From an archaeon 13_2_20CM_2_53_6 (GTDB lineage: Archaea > Thermoproteota > Bathyarchaeia > 40CM-2-53-6), in NCBI GenBank assembly GCA_001915065.1, contig MNDT01000061.1, positions 2,954 to 66,953 of the forward strand: a stretch of 64,000 nucleotides of DNA, given 5' to 3'. Shown here in pieces: positions 57,790 through 64,000 of this stretch. Within the stretch, counting starts at the first letter, position 1, and every line of letters starts with the position of its first letter. A program made the position numbers and the translations under genes. Under the pieces are notes generated by a model that had not been told where the DNA came from, made no database searches, and saw nothing but the letters and a program-made list of their open reading frames with translations.

Positions 57790-58668
57790 ATGATTCGCCC
57801 AAAGAGACCGGAATCTAATCGTGTCAAGATTCGGAAGGCAACTGCGGTCGACAAGGCTCCGATTCTAGAGATTTGTAAGAACATCTGGAACGGCCACGAC
57901 TATCTCCCGGGGGTCTGGGATGACTGGCTCGCCGACAAAGACGGTAGACTCATAGTCGCGACTGTCAAGGGAAGAACTGTAGGCGTTGCCCATGCCAGCC
58001 TCCAGACCCCTGACGTTGCCTGGCTCGAAGGCGTCAGGGTCCACGAGCAATACCGGGGCCTCGGAATCGCTGGTAAGCTGAACAGAGCACTCGTAGAATG
58101 GGCGAGAAAGAGACGAGCACGTGTTGCACGCCTTTGCACAGGCAGCTCAAACATAGCCTCCAAGAAACATCTAGCGAAGATAGAATTCCCTTTGCTGCAG
58201 ACCTTCCACCGGCTAGACGCGACCAGAGGACTCCACGCCAAACCTGCGAATGTCACCAGACCAAGACGTTCGACAAAAGCTCTCTGGGAGTGGTTGAGCG
58301 CTCGCCCCGAGTTTGCAGACAACCGTGCGATGTATTCTGACGGGTGGACATGGCATCCTCTTACAGCTCAAGCTTTCAGAAAACATGCGGCCCACGGCTG
58401 CGTCCTCCTCACATCAAGAAGCAAACAGACGAGAGCCTGCTGCATCCTCCTAGCCGAGGACGAAGTCTTGACAGTGGGATTTGTTGCGGGAGAGCCGAGT
58501 GAGGTTGGAAGGCTGATGCGAATGTCACGATTCTTGATGCTTCAGAAGAGGCGCAGAAAGCTCCGGGTCCTCCTCCCCGCGAAATCGCCCTTGATTCGAG
58601 CCCTGCAACGTTCGAGCTTTGAGAAGACCGGAAAGATCCTGGTCTACGAGAAATTCCTGGAAGAATGA
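57790..58668 (+). CDS. GNAT-family acetyltransferase
   Basis: IWNGHDYL, AWLEGVRVHEQYRGLGIA, NIAS. Confidence 0.88.
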   Translation: MIRPKRPESNRVKIRKATAVDKAPILEICKNIWNGHDYLPGVWDDWLADKDGRLIVATVKGRTVGVAHASLQTPDVAWLEGVRVHEQYRGLGIAGKLNRALVEWARKRRARVARLCTGSSNIASKKHLAKIEFPLLQTFHRLDATRGLHAKPANVTRPRRSTKALWEWLSARPEFADNRAMYSDGWTWHPLTAQAFRKHAAHGCVLLTSRSKQTRACCILLAEDEVLTVGFVAGEPSEVGRLMRMSRFLMLQKRRRKLRVLLPAKSPLIRALQRSSFEKTGKILVYEKFLEE

Positions 58669-58847
58669 CGGTACGGTCTAACCCGACCGCCCTTCATGTC
58701 TCTCAACCCTTCCCTCGAAGCCTTTGATGTGCGAGAATCGCTCGACACCTCGAGGGTCTCCAGAATCTCGTCTAGCAACTCCCGCGTATGAACCAAGAGT
58801 TCGACATCCTGCTTCCTTAGTATGGCGGTGGCCAATTCAGGTATCAA
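58644..58847 (-). CDS. Orphan antitoxin-like protein (RelB/YefM-type C-terminus)
   Basis: EILETLEVSSD...REGLRDMKGGRVRPY; no toxin gene downstream. Confidence 0.5.
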   Translation of the reverse strand: MIPELATAILRKQDVELLVHTRELLDEILETLEVSSDSRTSKASREGLRDMKGGRVRPYRHSSRNFS

Positions 58848-58946
58848 GGGGGAGACTCGACATATTACGGCTTTGACCCAGAAATCGCGTTCGCCGTCCT
58901 GGTCGCTATTTGATAAATACCTGTTCTGTTGTAGTCTGGGGCTGCC

Positions 58947-60776
58947 TTGACAGAGCCTCTGCTTGTCTCGCCTAGGGTGTCCTATGTTGAACGCGTTATC
59001 GGGATTCCAGACATTGAGCTGTTCGACCTTTCAAAGGATGGAAAGACGGCGCTCGTACTCTCTAACAGGACCGGCTCATACCAGCTGGCCGCTCTGGACA
59101 CGAGAGGCGGCCAGCTACGCCCCGTTTCCCATGGAAAGGAGCGGGTGGCATGTGCCCGCATCTCCAACGACTCGGAGACAGTCTGCTTCTCAAGAGACTT
59201 TGGCGGAAGAGAAGAACACCAGCTCTTCACAATACCTCTAGAAGAGGGCGAAGAAGAGGAACAACTTACACAACTACCCTCGACTAGGGTATTCGACTTC
59301 AACTGGTCCAACGGCGACGACCGGCTGACGCTCGCAGGCGCGACAAATGAGGCGAACGGGCTCTGGATCGTCGACTCGAGCAACGGCACTCACGCCCAGA
59401 TCTTTCAGAATCGGCACTGGGTCTTCAGCCCCGAATGGTCACGGGACGATTCCCGGATCTGTGTCTCAGCCAAGACGACAGAACATCCCACAGCCGCGGA
59501 ACTTGGCTTCCTCTCCCCCGAAGGAGGACAAGAGCCACTGGTCTACACTCCAAAGCCTGGCTCGGAGAATACGAACGGCGGATGGCACCCCTCACAGCCC
59601 ACTGTCCTGTTCAAGACAGACGCTAGAGGCAGATACGAACTCGCACTCTACAAGACAGAGACCCAAGAGCTAAGCTATCTCAAAGGCAACGATCTCGGCC
59701 TCGACTTTCCAGTCTTCTCCTGGATGCCTGACGGAGGATCAATCTACTACCTCGCCGCGAACAAGGGACGGACCCGTCTGTACATCGAATCCGTCGACAC
59801 CTCCGAACCCCCAAGAGAGGTTCCCCTTCCCGACGGCTACCATGCTGGCTTCTTCGGCAGCTCGGTAAAGGCTGCTCGGTCCGGCGATCATTTCGTCTTC
59901 TCCTGGTCCTCGCTCTCCACGCCGCCCACCCTGTCCAGATTGAATACGGCTACCGGAAGAGTCGAGACGCTCCACGAGCACTACACAGACCTACCACTAG
60001 GACGCGCCGAGCCTGTAGTCTACGGCTCGTTCGACGGTCGCCCGATACACGGATGGTTCCTCCGACCCGCACAAATGGAAGGCCGCCGTCCCTGCGTCCT
60101 CTGGATACACGGCGGACCCGCCTGGGAGGTGGCAGACGCTTGGAACCCGGCCATCCAGTCGTTCCTAGTTGCGGGCTACACGCTCTTCGCTCCGAACATC
60201 CGCGGCAGCACCGGCTACGGCGTCGAGTTCCAGAACCTCAACATACACGACTGCGGAGGCGCGGACCTCAAGGACGTCGAAGAAGCCGCCAAGTATCTCC
60301 AAACACGGCACGACGTGGACCCTTCTAGGATCGCGCTCGTCGGCGCAAGCTACGGCGGCTTCATGACATTCCTCGCAACCACAAAACTCCCCGACTACTG
60401 GGCCGCAGCCGCAGCAATCGTCGGAATCACAGACTGGAGAGAAATGTACGACCTATCAGACGCGGCCTTCCGCAGCTTCATCGAACGATACTTCGGAAAA
60501 CCAGAAGACAACCCCCAGCTCTACGCAGACCGCTCACCCATCAACTTCGTCGACAATATCAAAGCCCCGCTCCTCATCTGGCACAGGGGAAACGACAGCC
60601 GCTGCCCACTACAGCCAGTCCAGAAGTTCGCCGACCGGCTCAACGTTCTAGGCAAGGAGTACGAGATGAACGTGGTCTGGGACGAAGGCCACGGATTCCA
60701 GAAGACCGAAAACCTGGCCCGCCAATACAAATCAGTCGTCGAGTTCCTAGACAAGAAACTAGTGCAGCCCAGCTAG
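58947..60776 (+). CDS. S9 acylaminoacyl/prolyl oligopeptidase
   Basis: Beta-propeller, WIHGGP, NIRGSTGYG, GASYGG, NDSRC, EGHGF. Confidence 0.93.
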   Translation: MTEPLLVSPRVSYVERVIGIPDIELFDLSKDGKTALVLSNRTGSYQLAALDTRGGQLRPVSHGKERVACARISNDSETVCFSRDFGGREEHQLFTIPLEEGEEEEQLTQLPSTRVFDFNWSNGDDRLTLAGATNEANGLWIVDSSNGTHAQIFQNRHWVFSPEWSRDDSRICVSAKTTEHPTAAELGFLSPEGGQEPLVYTPKPGSENTNGGWHPSQPTVLFKTDARGRYELALYKTETQELSYLKGNDLGLDFPVFSWMPDGGSIYYLAANKGRTRLYIESVDTSEPPREVPLPDGYHAGFFGSSVKAARSGDHFVFSWSSLSTPPTLSRLNTATGRVETLHEHYTDLPLGRAEPVVYGSFDGRPIHGWFLRPAQMEGRRPCVLWIHGGPAWEVADAWNPAIQSFLVAGYTLFAPNIRGSTGYGVEFQNLNIHDCGGADLKDVEEAAKYLQTRHDVDPSRIALVGASYGGFMTFLATTKLPDYWAAAAAIVGITDWREMYDLSDAAFRSFIERYFGKPEDNPQLYADRSPINFVDNIKAPLLIWHRGNDSRCPLQPVQKFADRLNVLGKEYEMNVVWDEGHGFQKTENLARQYKSVVEFLDKKLVQPS

Positions 60777-60849
60777 GCCCGAAACGCATCGAACAATGCG
60801 AAACGCTTAACTGCATGGTACCGCCTCCGTTCACATGGTGGGCTGATTT

Positions 60850-61089
60850 TTGGGCCAGGTCGCGACGGTCACCAGCAAGAGCATGATAACCATCCCTGCA
60901 AAGATACGGCAGAAGTACGGCTTCAAGCAGGGGTCCAAGCTCGAGTTCATCGACACCGAGGAAGGCATACTCCTAGTCCCCGTCAAGACCCTGCGCGAGC
61001 TGAGGGGCGCGTTCAAGTCGCATGAGAAGATCATCCGGCAAGCCATCAAAGAAATGGAACGGGAGCACAGAGAGGAAGCCCGGACCTGA
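60850..61089 (+). CDS. AbrB/MazE-family antitoxin
   Basis: VTSKSMITIPAKIRQKYGFKQGSKLEF. Confidence 0.9.
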   Translation: MGQVATVTSKSMITIPAKIRQKYGFKQGSKLEFIDTEEGILLVPVKTLRELRGAFKSHEKIIRQAIKEMEREHREEART

Positions 61090-61484
61090 AAGAAAACCTA
61101 GTCCTGGACGCCGGGGTCCTCGCCCTACACTTCATCTCAAACCCCAAAGTCAAAAGGTTCTTCGACGAGATAGATGACGAAGAGAAGCAAGGCTTCGTCT
61201 CCTCCGTCAACCTCTCCGAATTCCACTACAAGACATGCCAGAAACTGGGCAAACCGGTCGCAGACATCCGCTACTACCAGCTCAGAAGAACAAGCCTCAG
61301 AATAGTCGAGACAGACGAGGAACTCTCAAGAATAGCAGGGCATGAAAAATGCCGGCAGCAGAAGCTCTCCCTCGCAGACTGCTACGCCCTCGGCCTCGCC
61401 AAACGCGTGAAGGCCACACTCCTCACTACAGACAGTGAACTCGCCAAGGTCAGAGAGATCCGCTCCCTACTATTCACTCCCTAG
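61086..61484 (+). CDS. VapC PIN-domain toxin with proposed CTG start; absent from the ORF track
   Basis: LKENLVLDAGVL..SSVNLSEF..LSLADCYAL..LLTTDSEL; CTG overlaps the abrB TGA (CTGA). Confidence 0.88.
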   Translation: MKENLVLDAGVLALHFISNPKVKRFFDEIDDEEKQGFVSSVNLSEFHYKTCQKLGKPVADIRYYQLRRTSLRIVETDEELSRIAGHEKCRQQKLSLADCYALGLAKRVKATLLTTDSELAKVREIRSLLFTP

Positions 61485-61531
61485 CATCCTGGAAACGCCA
61501 ACAACCCAACCCTCACAGCCGAAACCTCATG

Positions 61532-61951
61532 TCAGAGTCTTGCTCCGCAACTGGGACACTTCAGCGTCCCTCCCGGGATGCTGTTACCACAGTTCGGGCA
61601 GTACTTCCTCAGCACGGGAGCCGCCGTCAACGTCGGCTGCGACCCCATCGAGTATGAGGATCTCGCCGACAGCCCAGACCTCTCCAGCTGCGAGATAGCT
61701 CCATCAACAGTCACCTTCACGATGCTGGCGTATAGGCCGATAGTAGCGATTAGGACGCTAAGAAAGATTCCGACGAAGAACGCGGCCAGAAAGGCCGCAG
61801 GATTCGACGCTACAGCCGCCGGGTTAGAAACAACCCCAGCAAGAGTGCCACCAGTGATCAATACTGCGACTATTCCAGCGACGATCGCCCAGACAATGCT
61901 CCAGAGAAATATGACGATGCCCCTACCGAACGCAAAACCCCACCCGACCAT
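61532..61951 (-). CDS. Membrane protein with C-terminal zinc ribbon
   Basis: Two TM segments; CPNCG..CPSCG. Confidence 0.75.
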   Translation of the reverse strand: MVGWGFAFGRGIVIFLWSIVWAIVAGIVAVLITGGTLAGVVSNPAAVASNPAAFLAAFFVGIFLSVLIATIGLYASIVKVTVDGAISQLERSGLSARSSYSMGSQPTLTAAPVLRKYCPNCGNSIPGGTLKCPSCGARL

Positions 61952-62092
61952 GACGCTTGCCCGAACCCTCGTCGATACTTAAGACACCCGGAAAAAATTC
62001 TCGACCACAAGTGGTTCCTGTCGATCCTGGATCTTCATCGGGATTTTTTTTCTACGTGTTGACGGCCAGTTTTTATTCTCACCAACATAATC

Positions 62093-62335
62093 ATGGCGAG
62101 TCCGGGAAGCTTGAGAATGTCCCATCGCAAGCGGAAGGTAGAGACTGTCAATTCGACGGGTCGGACACTTCGAACGTTGAGTGGTGAAGCCCGCGTCAAA
62201 CTCGCCGCCGAGATGAGCTCGGCCGTATCAGCCATCATGCTTGACTCGATTCTGGACCGCAACCCTGGAATATCAAAAACGAGACTCGTGAAGCTGGCTC
62301 ACAAGAGACTCGAGCCGGGACGTAGGATCCGCTGA
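62093..62335 (+). CDS. Small helical protein, MenA1-like antitoxin candidate
   Basis: RVKLAAEMS..ILDRNPG pattern; coupled to the NTase gene. Confidence 0.6.
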   Translation: MASPGSLRMSHRKRKVETVNSTGRTLRTLSGEARVKLAAEMSSAVSAIMLDSILDRNPGISKTRLVKLAHKRLEPGRRIR

Positions 62336-62886
62336 AGACCCGGTCTTTCACCGAGTTTTTCAAAGCCCTCGTCTCCCTCCTCAACAAATCCGGCTACGAA
62401 TACGCGATAACGGGTGCCATGGCAGCCAGCTACTATGGTCTGCCCCGAACGACGCTGGATGTGGACTTCATCGTCCAACTCTCCAATGAGCAGCTTGACC
62501 CTTTCCTGGACAAGCTCGCCGGGTTCGGGCTCGAGGTGGACAGGACTAGGATCAAGAGACGATTGAGAGCAGGATACAACATCGTAACTCTCAGAGACAA
62601 GGCCTCTCAGAACAGAGTTGACTTCATCATCCAGACAACAGGGAAGATCCATCGACGCCCCGGAAGAGCCCTTGGACTAAAGTCCTTCTATCAATCTCCC
62701 GAAGCGCTCATTCTCGCAAAGCTGCGGATGATCAAGGCAACCCACCCGCCGGAGAGAAGCTTCAAAGATCGAGACGACATTAGACAGATACTCGCAAACA
62801 TCAAGACCAGCAGACGAAAGCTCTTCCGACTTGCAGAAGAACAACACACCGGCGCGTTTCTCAAGGAGATCCTCGAACTATCATAG
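62332..62886 (+). CDS. Nucleotidyltransferase (MenT1/AbiEii-like) with proposed CTG start
   Basis: YAITGAMAASYYGLPRTTLDVD, LILAKL, KDRDDI; CTG 62332 overlaps the upstream TGA and is in frame with ATG 62419. Confidence 0.78.
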   Translation: MKTRSFTEFFKALVSLLNKSGYEYAITGAMAASYYGLPRTTLDVDFIVQLSNEQLDPFLDKLAGFGLEVDRTRIKRRLRAGYNIVTLRDKASQNRVDFIIQTTGKIHRRPGRALGLKSFYQSPEALILAKLRMIKATHPPERSFKDRDDIRQILANIKTSRRKLFRLAEEQHTGAFLKEILELS

Positions 62887-63209
62887 CTGGCCACCAAAGG
62901 GGCCTCACATTTTTCAGCACAGTCATCATAATCCACCAGCTTTGAAGCTGGACCAGCCAGTTGCGAGATTTGCAATGCCCTGACGCTCCGAGACAAAATC
63001 GCGAATCAAGTCTAAGAAAACCGAAATCGAGAACGGTCGACTTGCATATCCCGGCCGGGAAGTCTCGAACGTTCCAGAGAAAGACATGGATATACCCCTT
63101 CGCCCGGCAATCGTGGGATAGCCGGCATGAGGGAATCTCTTCAAATGTGGCAGAATGTAACCGTCACCTTTAAACATCAACCGAAACAGGGGTTCTCGGT
63201 CATTATTTC

Positions 63210-64000
63210 ATGAGAAGTCACGCGCGACCGATCATATTGTTCGCTCTGACCCTTGCCAGCCTCTTGCTGGCCCCCGCCATTCAGGGGGCGCACGCGGCCC
63301 CTACCTATACTCCCGGAGTCAAACCCGGTGATATGGCCGTCTACGCCCGCGCCTCTGGGTCGTGGGGCCTGGGGGGCCCCCCGCAGCCGCCCTTTTCGCA
63401 GTTCATCGACCTCAACTACACAACGCTTCAAGTCACCAGCGTGACCGGAGAGAATGTGACTGCCGCCCAGACATTCGTCTATGCCAACAAGACAAGCGTA
63501 TCCGACACGATTCTCGGTAGCGTGGCCACAGACTCGGGCAACATTACGTTCTGGTTCATAGCCGCGAACTTGACGGCGGGTGATCCGATCTATACAACCC
63601 CGAACCCACCGGTCATTAATCAGACGTTTACACAAACCTTCGCGGGCGCACCTAGAACCGTCGACGCGCTTAACATAACACAGACTCCATCTCCCGGCGT
63701 CGTGCTGTTTGTCAACGTCTGGTGGGACCAGGCAACAGGCATCCTACTCCTCATCGACTACATAGTAACAACGCCCACAGGATCCGCATCGCTCTTCGCG
63801 AGTCTGGTCGAGACGAACATTTGGAGCCCAGTCCCGCAACCTGGATTTGGGATCGGCACGGACCCCAACTTCCTGACAATTCAGGAAGGCGGCTCAAACA
63901 GTAGCACCATTAGACTGGTCAGCGAACTGGGTTTCTCAGGAAGCATCACCATCACGCCCGTTGCCTTCCTATGCAACTTCAACAGCACCATCGGCTTCTG
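63210..64000 (+). CDS. Secreted/surface glycoprotein (3' truncated by window)
   Basis: Signal peptide MRSHARPIILFALTLASLLLAPAIQGAHA, YTPGVKPGD, IAANLTAGDPIY, WDQATGILL; many NxT sequons. Confidence 0.8.
   Translation, partial: MRSHARPIILFALTLASLLLAPAIQGAHAAPTYTPGVKPGDMAVYARASGSWGLGGPPQPPFSQFIDLNYTTLQVTSVTGENVTAAQTFVYANKTSVSDTILGSVATDSGNITFWFIAANLTAGDPIYTTPNPPVINQTFTQTFAGAPRTVDALNITQTPSPGVVLFVNVWWDQATGILLLIDYIVTTPTGSASLFASLVETNIWSPVPQPGFGIGTDPNFLTIQEGGSNSSTIRLVSELGFSGSITITPVAFLCNFNSTIGF

Noticed and set aside
61988-62022. Possible sixth repeat copy (minus strand CAGGAACCACTTGTGGTCGAGAATTTTTT)
   Set aside because: Only about 30 nt of gapped similarity, and it lies in a probable promoter region
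1-64000. CRISPR array, tRNA or rRNA genes
   Set aside because: No regularly spaced short repeats, cloverleaf or rRNA-like sequence recognised by eye; tRNAscan and Infernal were not run

Overview
Archaeal chromosome segment. Archaeal-type r-proteins, Orc1/Cdc6, single-domain KaiC ATPases and many TTG starts suggest a TACK lineage, probably Bathyarchaeia (inference). Four zones: (1) 1-24 kb, a mosaic surface-glycan cluster (GDP-sugar epimerase, GmhB-HddA-GmhA heptose genes, dTDP-rhamnose genes, sugar C-methyltransferase, GT2/GT4/GT-C transferases) with pseudogenes, a DNA-methylase/LAGLIDADG relic and a chimeric rpl30 fragment. (2) 25.4-33.9 kb, the L22-to-L30 part of the S10-spc r-protein cluster followed by hsp20. 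(3) 34-38.2 kb, an intact plus a degenerate KaiC-like ATPase, wHTH, cdc6/orc1, wHTH and an AN1-type Zn finger. (4) 38.4-64 kb, an accessory region with about nine toxin-antitoxin modules or remnants and an ECF transporter-hydantoinase/oxoprolinase cassette. The most notable observations are a dispersed ~230-240 bp non-coding repeat family (4 clear copies, 1 partial) co-oriented with the upstream gene, whose copies bracket the r-protein block in inverted orientation; apparent CTG (4 genes) and ACG (rpl6) start codons; a direct duplication bracketing the ECF-hydantoinase cassette; and a three-gene Doc module with a 37-aa candidate antitoxin. All alignments were done by eye and no database searches were run.
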